From the NCBI GenBank assembly GCA_040756875.1, contig JBFLYH010000001.1, forward strand, positions 544,001 to 608,000: a stretch of DNA of 64,000 nt. The letters run 5' to 3'. Positions 19,407 through 28,980 of this stretch are shown here, one piece after another (position 1 is the stretch's first letter; the number at the start of each line of letters is the position of its first letter). The DNA is from a candidate division FCPU426 bacterium (GTDB taxonomy: Bacteria; Oederibacteriota; JAAXVQ01; JAUVAV01). Position numbers and translations under genes: made by a program. The notes under the pieces are model-generated. The model saw only the letters and a program-made list of their open reading frames with translations, did not search any database and was not told the DNA's origin.

Positions 19407-20636
19407 ATGGCCGCAAACATCCTGATTGCTGAAGACGAAGTAGGAATCCGCACCGCCCTGACCATTCTGCTGGAAGGGGAGGGATATGCGGTAAAGACGG
19501 TCAAGGACGGGGATGAGGCTTTGGCCGCCGTGCGGGGCGAGCACTATGACCTCCTGATTTCGGACATACGCATGCCGGGCATCAACGGGTTGCAGCTATT
19601 GGAGGAAATCACCAAAGTGCCGGGCCGCCCTGAAATCATCATTATGACCGCCTATGGCAGCATCGAGACGGCCATCCAGGCCTTGAAAAATGGAGCCCGG
19701 GATTTTCTGTTGAAACCGTTTTCCAATGACCTGTTGAAAATGACGGTCCAGCGTGCCCTGAAGATCCGCGAACTGTCCGAGGAAAACCGGCGACTGCGCG
19801 AGCTCGAGACCATGAAGCGCGAGTTTATCACGATGATCGCCCATGAATTGCGCACGCCCCTGACGGCCATCAAGGGCTATCTCAAGCTGGTCCAGTGCGG
19901 AATGGTGGGGGAATTGAAGGACATGCAGCGGGAATATCTCGGGGTGGTTCAGCAAAACACGGAAAAACTGCGCGAAATCATCGATAAAATGATGGTCATG
20001 AGCAGCCTCGAAATGAACGAACTCAATCTCGAACCGGTCAGTTCCAATACCCTCAGCGTAATCTGGGAAGCCATCGCCGAGGTCCAGGATGCTTACGAAA
20101 AGAAGCAGCTCAACCTGGAAGTCAATTTGGCCTCCTCCTTGAAACCGATTTATGTGGATCCGTTCCGTATGAAGCAGGTCGTCACCTTCTTGCTCGACAA
20201 CGCCATCGCCTTTTCGCCTGCCCACCGGCGCATTTCGCTGTCAGTGGACCGCTTCCGCGGGATGGCCGCTTTAGGCGGTCGCAAAGTGCCGATTTCATAC
20301 GTGGACATGTCAGATCTGCAACCCGGGGAATATCTGGAAGTCTCGGTGTCGGACGAAGGGCCCGGTATACCGGAGGAGAAATTATCGCAGATTTTCGAAA
20401 AATTCTACCAAATCGAGGATCTCTATATCCGCCAGGTCGGCGGTATGGGCATCGGCCTTTCGTTGTGCAAGAAACTGGTGCATTTGATGGGCGGGAAAAT
20501 CTGGGTCCAAAGCAAAATGGGCGAAGGGTGCAAATTCACCTTCATCCTGCCCTGGAAGGAAGCGGTAGACGGTCAGACCACCGATAATGTGAAGGAAGAG
20601 AAAAGCGAGGCTGTCAGCCAGAGCCGGGCAGCCTAG
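19407..20636 (+). CDS. Cytoplasmic hybrid kinase (REC-HisKA-HATPase)
   Basis: Receiver N-terminus; AHELRTPL; DEGPGI; FEKFYQ; GMGIGL. Confidence 0.92.
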   Translation: MAANILIAEDEVGIRTALTILLEGEGYAVKTVKDGDEALAAVRGEHYDLLISDIRMPGINGLQLLEEITKVPGRPEIIIMTAYGSIETAIQALKNGARDFLLKPFSNDLLKMTVQRALKIRELSEENRRLRELETMKREFITMIAHELRTPLTAIKGYLKLVQCGMVGELKDMQREYLGVVQQNTEKLREIIDKMMVMSSLEMNELNLEPVSSNTLSVIWEAIAEVQDAYEKKQLNLEVNLASSLKPIYVDPFRMKQVVTFLLDNAIAFSPAHRRISLSVDRFRGMAALGGRKVPISYVDMSDLQPGEYLEVSVSDEGPGIPEEKLSQIFEKFYQIEDLYIRQVGGMGIGLSLCKKLVHLMGGKIWVQSKMGEGCKFTFILPWKEAVDGQTTDNVKEEKSEAVSQSRAA

Positions 20637-20675
20637 CAGCAAAATAAAAAATTAGCAAGTGATTCACCTCACGTG

Positions 20676-20713
20676 AAAGGGCACGCTCCTGACGGAGAGC
20701 GTGCCCTTTTTTT
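20676..20713 (+). terminator. Rho-independent terminator
   Basis: AAAGGGCACGCTC...GAGCGTGCCCTTT stem running into a T-tract. Confidence 0.85.
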
Positions 20714-20774
20714 ATACTCCAGCGCTACAATTACTGAGACTGTTCTGATGATGCTTATTTTCTTGTTTTTGGCC

Positions 20775-20830
20775 GTCATACCGGCGAAAGCCGGTATCCA
20801 GAACCATTGACTTAAAAGGTTTTCTGACCC
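20775..20830. repeat. REP/dRS3-like palindromic element, copy 1 (second arm degenerate)
   Basis: GTCATACCGGCGAAAGCCGGTATCCAG followed by TTGACTTAAAAGGTTTTCTGACCCC, homologous to 34893-34975. Confidence 0.7.
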
Positions 20831-21021
20831 CTAGGTCCTTCAACCGGGCTTCGGCTCCCAAAGGGACCATTAGCCGCCGATTCATCCAAAGGGATTAAAA
20901 AAACGCATTGAATTAATGAATAAGCAGTCTAAAATAGCAGCGTCATTCCAGGTTGGAAAAGAATCCTAGCTATTGGCGGGGATTTTTTTTATAGCACTGA
21001 TAATAGAAAGGCGATTTATTT

Positions 21022-23559
21022 ATGAGAAAAACCATTGATACAGACGGTTCGACGAGTTTCTCGTTGTGGTGGGAAGCTATCGGTATCGTCTTATTACTAA
21101 CTTGGTTTGGTGTATTGTGTTTTCGAGCTAGCGTTGCCTACCCATTGAATTTTCAGATACTGAAAAATATATTATCGTTTTCATGGCTTGATAAAATTCA
21201 ATATGGCTTATTTATATCCCACTGGCTGAGCACTTTAAAATTAGTTGTGCTTTTAGCTGGGTATACCTTGGGTGCCCTGGGTAATGGCCTTTTTATAATT
21301 GAAAAACTATTTCCGGCAGAACGTCCTAAGCTTGAAAAATGCTTGTTATCTTTTGCCGTGGGATTTGCTCTGCTCATCCTACTGACTTTTTTTCTTGGTG
21401 TTTTGGGCGGATACCATATGCTGATTTATCTCGCGCTCTATGCGGTTTATGTGAGTTGGGGTCTTCGGAATATTTATAGGCAACGGCATGTATTGAAAAC
21501 CACTTCCCTAAGTTGGTGGTGGGGATATAAACCAGTTTTGAGTGATAGGGTTTTAGGTGTAGTGATAGTGTTGTTGGTGGTTTTGGAATACTTCGCCGCG
21601 AATGTTCCTGAATGTTTTTGGGATTCTCTGCTGTTCCACTTGGCAGTGCCTGCGCAATATATTGTACATGGAGGCATCCTACCTATTCCCGGTAATCTTT
21701 TTTCCAATTTGCCGTTGGGGATCGAAATGTTATATACCGGCGCGCTCATGCTGGGAGATGAACGCCTGTGCCGTATGCTGCACGTTACTTTGGGCCTGTT
21801 GACCGCATTGTCGGTCTTTGCTTTTGGAAGGAGATGGTTTGGACGGAGAATTGGATTTTGGGCGGCAGGAATATTTATAACCATTCCTTTTGTGACGTTA
21901 TTGAGTGTTGTTTCCGGTGTGGATCTTGGAGCTGCTTTTTTTATGACAGTGGCTTTTACTGAATTAATCAAAACTATTCTGGCGAAAGAAACACTACCAA
22001 CCGAAGCGTGGCTTACGGGCCTACTAACCGGCGCATCATTGAGCTGCAAATACACAACCGGGCTTTTACTAGCCCCGACCGTATTAGTGTGGTTGGTTAT
22101 GCGTGTGTACCAAAAAGAAAATTTAAAAGCATTGGCGTTTAAGTTATTGATCTTTATTGCCGGTATAGCCGTTTGTTTATTACCCTGGCTTATAAAAAAC
22201 ACGATTTATAATCAAAATCCCCTTTATCCATTTCTTTATCAATTATTTTACAACCCCAATATCGATATCGGGAAGATGCAAGCACAAATGAGAGAATTTA
22301 CGGATTTTGGATTCAATTCCTGGGTGGCATACCTGCGGGCTCCGTGGGATCTGACTTTTAATAGACCATCAGGGAATGCCTATGTGGGGCCCCTGTTTTT
22401 ATTTTTACTTCCCGGATTGATCTGGTTGGGACTTAGGACACGAAAAACTGAACCACAACAAAACGTATTAATAATTATTGCTATGATGGCAGTCTTCGTA
22501 TGGTCCTTGCAAACGAAAGTAGTCCGATACTTGCTGCCGGGATTTCTGCCGTTGACCATTTTATACTCACGCAGTCTTGGACTAGTGGAACAAAATACAG
22601 CTCATTTAGGGAAGATAGCTCGCTGGTGTGCATTGATATTCATGGTCTGGGGAGTGGCAAATACCATAACTTACATTTATCCTAACCAGGATACTGTTAA
22701 AGCAAGTCTGGGTTTTTTAATCCGGGCGGAATATCTTAAACGCAATATGTTAACGGAATACTATTCGATGGCTGAGGAAATCAACCGTTTGCCTGGAAAA
22801 GTTAAGGTGTATGCATTTGGTGAATCCCGTTCTTACTACATCAATAAACCCATCACTAGTGTGAATTCCCATGACACCAACATACTATTAAAATGGTTGG
22901 AGAAGTCCACTTCTGCCGAGGCGGTTTGGGAAAAATTAAGAAGTGAGGGGTATACCCACATTTACGTGCATGCGCAAGAAGCTGTTCGTACCCGAAGTCA
23001 TGAGACCCATCGTTGGACCCCTGAAGAAATATTTCGTTGGCAAGAGCTTCTGGCTCGATATACCAAACCTATAGTCGTAATTCAGCAACAGACTTTATAC
23101 AAAATTCTCGATAGACCAAATTTAAGTGTTCCTGTAAAAAACGAAAAGCCATTATTTGTTTATAATCCGGAAGTTGTCGATGTCGTCAATCTGCTTGCGG
23201 ACCACGCGCTGCGTCTGACAAGGGAAGGCAATTGGCAGGAGGCGGAAAAAGAGTGGCTAAAAATCATTGGAAAGGCACCCGGGTGGAATGCGCCATATGT
23301 TGTTTTGGCGAGCATGTATCAGAGGCAGAACCGTGAAGTGGAAGCTCAACACATGTATGAAAGCGCCGACCAATTGACGGATTTGAATCCGGAAACTTAT
23401 CATGACATGGGCGTCTTGTATTGGAATATGGGTAAACCATTGGATGCCATTCAAGCCATGAAAGAGGCATTGCGGGTACAGCCTGGTTACGAGATAGCTC
23501 AAAAAGATCTAGCAAGCATGGAACGGGCTTATAAATTGCAAAAATCAAATGAAAAATAG
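21022..23559 (+). CDS. Polytopic membrane protein, GT-C/ArnT-PMT-like glycosyltransferase with C-terminal TPRs
   Basis: Many TM segments; FWDSLLFHL, SCKYT, PWLIKN...NPLYP motifs; TPR-like YHDMGVLY..MGK..DAI..MKEALRVQP. Confidence 0.7.
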   Translation: MRKTIDTDGSTSFSLWWEAIGIVLLLTWFGVLCFRASVAYPLNFQILKNILSFSWLDKIQYGLFISHWLSTLKLVVLLAGYTLGALGNGLFIIEKLFPAERPKLEKCLLSFAVGFALLILLTFFLGVLGGYHMLIYLALYAVYVSWGLRNIYRQRHVLKTTSLSWWWGYKPVLSDRVLGVVIVLLVVLEYFAANVPECFWDSLLFHLAVPAQYIVHGGILPIPGNLFSNLPLGIEMLYTGALMLGDERLCRMLHVTLGLLTALSVFAFGRRWFGRRIGFWAAGIFITIPFVTLLSVVSGVDLGAAFFMTVAFTELIKTILAKETLPTEAWLTGLLTGASLSCKYTTGLLLAPTVLVWLVMRVYQKENLKALAFKLLIFIAGIAVCLLPWLIKNTIYNQNPLYPFLYQLFYNPNIDIGKMQAQMREFTDFGFNSWVAYLRAPWDLTFNRPSGNAYVGPLFLFLLPGLIWLGLRTRKTEPQQNVLIIIAMMAVFVWSLQTKVVRYLLPGFLPLTILYSRSLGLVEQNTAHLGKIARWCALIFMVWGVANTITYIYPNQDTVKASLGFLIRAEYLKRNMLTEYYSMAEEINRLPGKVKVYAFGESRSYYINKPITSVNSHDTNILLKWLEKSTSAEAVWEKLRSEGYTHIYVHAQEAVRTRSHETHRWTPEEIFRWQELLARYTKPIVVIQQQTLYKILDRPNLSVPVKNEKPLFVYNPEVVDVVNLLADHALRLTREGNWQEAEKEWLKIIGKAPGWNAPYVVLASMYQRQNREVEAQHMYESADQLTDLNPETYHDMGVLYWNMGKPLDAIQAMKEALRVQPGYEIAQKDLASMERAYKLQKSNEK

Positions 23560-26431
23560 CGAGGGGAAAATGCGGAGACACTCATTAATAGCGATTTTCA
23601 TTAGTGTTATTTTATACCAAAACCCCTTGGTGCTTATGGCGCAATTCGGAGTAAATGGAGCAGTAACCACGGATTTTTCAGGATATTGGATGAGGGCCAG
23701 TAAAAATTTACTGCAACCAAATGGGAAAATACTGACTATAGGCTACGACCAGAATGTTGCAAATAGTGCATTTGCAATTGCGAAATATAATTTGGATGGC
23801 AACCTGGATACGACTTTTGGGGGAGGCGGATTAGTAACCACTGTCATTGGCGATGTCAGTGGCGCTTGCGATGTGCTCCGACAGTCTGACGGAAAGACTG
23901 TGGTTGCCGGGTGGAGCACCTTAAGCGGTAAAAAGAGATTTGCGATTGCGCGATACAATAGCAATGGCAGTTTGGATCCTGATTTTGGCAATTATGGCAC
24001 CACGACGACTACAATCGGGACGGATGAAGATGTTGCTTGTGCTGTTATTCAACAATCCGACGGCAAATTGGTGGCTGCGGGTTATACGAAAAGCGGCGCT
24101 GTTATTTCTATTGCCCTGGTCAGGTATCAACCGGATGGCAGTATAGATACTACCTTTGGAACGAGTGGCAAGGCGGTAACGGTTATTGGCAGCAATTCCA
24201 GGGTATGTAGCCTAATCCAGCAATCCTCAGATAAGTTAGTAACTGCTGGTTATGCTAACGGTAATTTGGTTATTGCACGCCATTTGGATAATGGGAGCTT
24301 GGATGCCAGTTTTGGCGGCGGTGGAACAGGTTATGTAACAACCGCGTTGGGCAGCACAGAAGGGATTCAACAAATTATCCGCCAATCTGACGGGAAATTG
24401 GTGGCAGTAGGATGCGGCTTGGGCAAGCTTGCTGTAGCGCGCTATTCATCCGAAGGCATATTGGATACAACGTTTAATGGGACGGGAATAGTTACTACCA
24501 CGATAGGCACGCAGGCTTGGGGATATGGTGTTGTCCAACAACCTGATGGAATGCTGGTAGCTGCGGGACAAAGCTATAATAGTGGCACGCTTCAATACAG
24601 TATTGCTCTTGCGCGATATCAAACAAATGGCAACTTGGATGCCAGTTTTGGAAGTGGAGGGATTGTAACAACATTAATTGGCAACCAATCAGGGGCTCGG
24701 TCTGTAATTGTGCAACCGGATGGTAAAGTAATTGTCTCGGGATACTATAATAATGGAATTGTTGGTTTCCTATTGGCGCGTTATTTGTCTAACGGGACTT
24801 TAGATACACAGGATGATCCGCCGCTTATGACGGGCATTGATAAAGATCACGCCTTGGTAGGGCAATCCGTGAATCTGAATATACGCGGCTGGAACCTGGG
24901 CAAGGTCGTTGCCGTTCAATTGCGCAATTCCTCGGAGTCGGTTAATGCCTCGGGTATAGTTATTGATGACGCCCGAATAACTGCGTCGTTTGCCTTGGCG
25001 GTTGCGCCAGGGCAGTATGATTTATTCCTGGGAACCAACACCACCAGCAGGACCTTTAAAGGCGTTTTTACGGTATCCGCGAACGTGGCTTCGCCGGTGC
25101 AATGGCAGGTCAATAATTTGGGCAAAGCGGGAACGCCGATAACCGGGCCCATGGGAGTTGACATTGGCGATGTTGACGGCGATGGCCGGCCTGAAATTTA
25201 TATCGCAAACGGCGATAATAAAATACATCGTTATGAAAAAAGCTCGGCCTGGTCCACGACAACGCTGCCTGTTGCCAGCGCGGGCTTTTTCTACGATGTG
25301 GCGCTATTGGACATGGATTCAAACGGCGCCAAGGAGTTATACGCGGCCAATTCATTTCCGCGCTTGCACCAATACCAATGGTCTGGCAGCAGCTGGAGCG
25401 GAAACAGCTTTGCCGCCTACAGCGGTCCGCTGGTTAAGGCTGATCAAACGGCTGGTTGGCTGGCGGAAATATACGCGGTTTACGGAAATGACTTAATGCA
25501 AACGAAGATGCAACATAACTGTTTATACAATGCCACCTGCTTAACGAGTGGCAGCACTATATTATGCGGTGTTTCGGGTGACGCTGATAATGACCAGGTC
25601 ACCGAAGCTTATATTGCGACCAATGACCATAAAATACAGCAAACATGGTACCGGAGTTATGTAAACGTCTTTATGCGGGATGTGTTTAGCGGTTCGATGG
25701 ATATCGAGTGTCTGGCGATCGGCGACCTGGATCGGGATGGAGCCAACGAACTTTATGGAGGAGATGCCGGAGGGGCAGTCCGCCAATTTAAATGGAATGG
25801 TTCGTCCTGGAATGCCCAAGCCATTATTAGCGTCAGTACGGCGATAAATGAAATTGCAATGGGGGATGGAGACAATGATGGCTTTAATGAACTCTATGCA
25901 TGCGGCCTGGATGGGCATTTGTATCAATGCTTCTGGAATGGAAGCGTCTTGCAATCGAACGATTTGGCGAATGCCGGAGAGCCTTTGGTTGCTTTGGCTG
26001 TGGGCGATGGGGATGGCGATGGGCAATGCGAAGTCTACGGCGTTGGCGAAGATGGCGATGTTTATCAGTTCGAGGCTGAATCGATTCCTTCGACGCCAAC
26101 GCCGACGCCGACGGTGACACCGACGATAACGCCAACCCAACCGCCGTGGCCGGACAAAGCAGAGGTGTTTTGCGCCCCGAATCCGGTTCGCGGAAAAACT
26201 GCAAAGCTGAATATAGTGACGAAGCAAGCTGCGGAAGTGCACGTGAAAATATTCACTGCACAAAACCAATTCGTGCAGTCGTTTGATCGTCATTACAGCT
26301 CGGCAGGGAGATATATCGAGGAATTCTACGTTGGGAACCTCGCCAACGGCGTTTATTTTGCCCTCGTGACGACTAGAAATGCAGACGGGGGCGAGGATCG
26401 GGTGAAGTATCGTTTTGCGTTAATTAAATGA
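23549..26431 (+). CDS. Secreted multidomain protein: delta-60 beta-propeller repeats, Ig-like domain, FG-GAP repeats, PT linker, T9SS type-A/FlgD-like C-terminal domain
   Basis: Repeated Q(S/P)DGKLVAAG...ARY..NGSLD..FG; GDVDGDG/GDLDRDG/GDGDNDG; PTPTPTVTPTITPT; CAPNPV...LANGVYF...FALIK; alternative start ATG 23570. Confidence 0.8.
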   Translation: MKNSEGKMRRHSLIAIFISVILYQNPLVLMAQFGVNGAVTTDFSGYWMRASKNLLQPNGKILTIGYDQNVANSAFAIAKYNLDGNLDTTFGGGGLVTTVIGDVSGACDVLRQSDGKTVVAGWSTLSGKKRFAIARYNSNGSLDPDFGNYGTTTTTIGTDEDVACAVIQQSDGKLVAAGYTKSGAVISIALVRYQPDGSIDTTFGTSGKAVTVIGSNSRVCSLIQQSSDKLVTAGYANGNLVIARHLDNGSLDASFGGGGTGYVTTALGSTEGIQQIIRQSDGKLVAVGCGLGKLAVARYSSEGILDTTFNGTGIVTTTIGTQAWGYGVVQQPDGMLVAAGQSYNSGTLQYSIALARYQTNGNLDASFGSGGIVTTLIGNQSGARSVIVQPDGKVIVSGYYNNGIVGFLLARYLSNGTLDTQDDPPLMTGIDKDHALVGQSVNLNIRGWNLGKVVAVQLRNSSESVNASGIVIDDARITASFALAVAPGQYDLFLGTNTTSRTFKGVFTVSANVASPVQWQVNNLGKAGTPITGPMGVDIGDVDGDGRPEIYIANGDNKIHRYEKSSAWSTTTLPVASAGFFYDVALLDMDSNGAKELYAANSFPRLHQYQWSGSSWSGNSFAAYSGPLVKADQTAGWLAEIYAVYGNDLMQTKMQHNCLYNATCLTSGSTILCGVSGDADNDQVTEAYIATNDHKIQQTWYRSYVNVFMRDVFSGSMDIECLAIGDLDRDGANELYGGDAGGAVRQFKWNGSSWNAQAIISVSTAINEIAMGDGDNDGFNELYACGLDGHLYQCFWNGSVLQSNDLANAGEPLVALAVGDGDGDGQCEVYGVGEDGDVYQFEAESIPSTPTPTPTVTPTITPTQPPWPDKAEVFCAPNPVRGKTAKLNIVTKQAAEVHVKIFTAQNQFVQSFDRHYSSAGRYIEEFYVGNLANGVYFALVTTRNADGGEDRVKYRFALIK

Positions 26432-26475
26432 TCCCGCGGATAAATAGACAAATAATGAATTACAAGAGTTGAATT

Positions 26476-28431
26476 ATGGCATTTTTCAAGCACGATCCTC
26501 CTCGTAGGCTGGCCCGGTTCAGCTCCCCGTCCGGCCAGGCGGTGGTGGAATCCGCCCTGGCTATCCCGCTTCTCATCGCTCTGTTCGCCGCCTGCCTGCA
26601 AATGCTCCACCTGGGCCTGGCTAAAGTCGTGGTTTACATCGCTGCCTATGAGTCCGCGCGCCAAGGCACTATCAACAACATGAACCTCAATGAAGCCCGG
26701 CGCACGGCCGAAGAAGTGTGCGGGGTGCTGGGCAAAGGCCGGACCGAAGTCACCTACGACGGCCAGGTTCAGCGATACACCATCACCCATTATTTGCGGC
26801 CCATTGTGCCCGTTATTCGTGAAATCAAGGTAAGCGAGACATTCCCTGCTTATGTGTTCCTGCCGGGGAATGAACTGCCTCCTGCCAATACTTCCAACCG
26901 GAATCAAAGCGGCGGGGGAAGAGGCGGCGGCTCGCCTAGCCGGGAATACGCCAGCCGCGGCGGCAGCCACCTCGATGTAGCGGACTACGATCCCGCGGTG
27001 GATGGCCGGACGGGCAATGATTCCACAAACACCAATGCCTCCCAATCAACCGCTGGATTGGGCAGCCCGAGCGAATATGCGCGGTATGCCTCCCTGGCCA
27101 ATCCATATTCCGCCTATGGCAGCACCGCACCTCTGCGTGCGCCGCCTGGGAGCAATGCTCCGTATAATACTACCGGGGATACCCATATCCCCACTGATGA
27201 AGAAATAATACTCGGCATTTCACATGACAGCGGGAATGACGCGCTTGCCTGGGATGATGAGGAATATAATGCGTCGGCTTCTGCACAGGCCTCCGCAGAT
27301 GCAGGAGCCTCCTCAGCCCCCACAAACAAAGGGCGCGCTTCCACTTTCTCCCCGCACGAAGGGGATTCCTCCGGGCTTTCTCGTAATGAAAAGGAGCCTT
27401 CCTCTGTCTCCCCTCCCTTGACAGGAGGGACCGAGGGGGAGGGTGATGTTTCCGGCACCGCAACTTCCTCCCAAGATAAAAGCCTTCTGACAGCCAGTGC
27501 CGAAGCTGCGGCCAAAGCCGCGGGCAAACGGGCCGGCGAAACCCTGGCCTTCTACCAAGGGGTGGCCGAAGGCTACACAGGCGATTCCAATGCAGACAAT
27601 GCATTTTGGGCCGGTCAGCGCTGGGCCAACCAAAAGACCGAAGAATCCCGCAACCGCCTGGATCAGCGTCTAGGAGAATTGGATGCCCAGGACCAGGAGC
27701 TGGATAAAGCCGCTGGGCTGAAAAAGCTGGCAGGCAAGGCTTCGGTCAAATCGAAAAAAATCGGCGCTGTGGCTCGCAACATCATCGAAGAAGGCATCTA
27801 CGACATCCCCAAAGTTGGCCAGGACCTGCCCGATGCCTGGAAGAACACCAAGGCCGCCGGGCGAGCGATTCTGGATGGGGAGTGGAAAGAGGCGGCCAAA
27901 TCCGGCGGCAAAGCCGTGGGCTTGGTTGCGCAAGAAGCAGGCCGCTTGAGTGCAGGACCAGGCAAGCTGGCTAAAGCGCTTGGCAAAGGGGCCAAAGCCG
28001 GAGTAGCGGGCCTCAAGGCCGCGGATAAAGCCGCTGATGCGGCCAAGGCGGCGAAAAAAGCAGGAAAAGCGGCAGATGCAGCGAAGGTGGGGAAAAAGTA
28101 TTATAGGTATGTAAATGATAATGAAGCAAAAAAGATAAAAGAAACGGGTAAAATACCTAATACAAATACTAAGAATGAAATAAAAGAGGTCTATATAACA
28201 GATAAAAAGTATAAAACGTCTGGTAAAGCTAAAACACATTTGCAATTGCCGCAAAAACCCTTATATAGGGTTGAAATTGATTCGAAAAAGATAAAGAATA
28301 AGCCTGATTTGAGGAAAATAAAAAACAGCGACAACCCGCAATGGGGTAAGGGTGGCGGGACTGAGGCTACTACTAAAGAGTCAATAGAAGTTGACACATC
28401 GAAAATCAAAAAACTTAAAGGCGCAGAATAA
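26476..28431 (+). CDS. TadE-like pseudopilin fused to putative C-terminal polymorphic toxin domain
   Basis: G/QAVVESAL prepilin-like site plus TM helix and AAYESAR (TadE pattern); S/G/A/P linker; K/A-rich pre-toxin stretch; AT-rich C-terminal about 110 aa. Confidence 0.75.
   Translation: MAFFKHDPPRRLARFSSPSGQAVVESALAIPLLIALFAACLQMLHLGLAKVVVYIAAYESARQGTINNMNLNEARRTAEEVCGVLGKGRTEVTYDGQVQRYTITHYLRPIVPVIREIKVSETFPAYVFLPGNELPPANTSNRNQSGGGRGGGSPSREYASRGGSHLDVADYDPAVDGRTGNDSTNTNASQSTAGLGSPSEYARYASLANPYSAYGSTAPLRAPPGSNAPYNTTGDTHIPTDEEIILGISHDSGNDALAWDDEEYNASASAQASADAGASSAPTNKGRASTFSPHEGDSSGLSRNEKEPSSVSPPLTGGTEGEGDVSGTATSSQDKSLLTASAEAAAKAAGKRAGETLAFYQGVAEGYTGDSNADNAFWAGQRWANQKTEESRNRLDQRLGELDAQDQELDKAAGLKKLAGKASVKSKKIGAVARNIIEEGIYDIPKVGQDLPDAWKNTKAAGRAILDGEWKEAAKSGGKAVGLVAQEAGRLSAGPGKLAKALGKGAKAGVAGLKAADKAADAAKAAKKAGKAADAAKVGKKYYRYVNDNEAKKIKETGKIPNTNTKNEIKEVYITDKKYKTSGKAKTHLQLPQKPLYRVEIDSKKIKNKPDLRKIKNSDNPQWGKGGGTEATTKESIEVDTSKIKKLKGAE
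27408..27446. repeat. Palindromic element embedded in coding sequence
   Basis: CTCCCCTCCCTTGACAGGAGGGACCGAGGGGGAGGGTGA, read in frame as SPPLTGGTEGEG. Confidence 0.6.
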
Positions 28432-28432
28432 T

Positions 28433-28894
28433 ATGAAGTTATATGACGAACTAGTCCTTCGAGTTAAAAGTAACAAAAAGTGTGATCTTGGAGACTTGAT
28501 AGTAATAATGAAAATAACAGCAGGAACAAAAAACCCATATTATATTGAATTTCCCAAAACAGATAAAAACGGATTTGCTATTTTGAAGAAAGAAGAACTT
28601 ATTGGCCAGTTTGAGGACCATTTAGAAATGGGTCTAATGGATTATAACGGTACTATTGAGAGTGCAAAAAATACCGTTGAGATATCATTGGTAGATACTG
28701 ATAAATTGATGAAAAATAAAAAAGAATTTTTAACGTGGCCCTTATTGACTCACGAAAAAAAAATCTGGAAAACAAGAAAAGAAGAACTTGAGTATAGACT
28801 TTCAAGTCGAAATCATATTTTTGTTGGGAATGCTATAAAAGTAAATTTGGCGCATTCGAATAAAATAATATTTAATATATATGCTGTACAGTGA
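28433..28894 (+). CDS. Hypothetical protein, putative immunity protein (153 aa)
   Basis: ATG 1 nt after toxin-gene stop (TAAtATG); same AT-rich composition as the toxin C-terminus; no recognisable family. Confidence 0.65.
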   Translation: MKLYDELVLRVKSNKKCDLGDLIVIMKITAGTKNPYYIEFPKTDKNGFAILKKEELIGQFEDHLEMGLMDYNGTIESAKNTVEISLVDTDKLMKNKKEFLTWPLLTHEKKIWKTRKEELEYRLSSRNHIFVGNAIKVNLAHSNKIIFNIYAVQ

Positions 28895-28980
28895 TGGTAT
28901 TCACCTGACGCCTCCGCCTTTTGCATGGCTTTGGCTCCTTTGGGTTCTAGGGCCAATACTAACTTAAAATGCCCTGCTTG

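Noticed and set aside
23690-24810. Regularly spaced nucleotide similarity that might suggest a CRISPR or tandem array
   Set aside because: These are degenerate protein-level delta-60 repeats inside an ORF; no identical repeats with unique spacers and no cas genes
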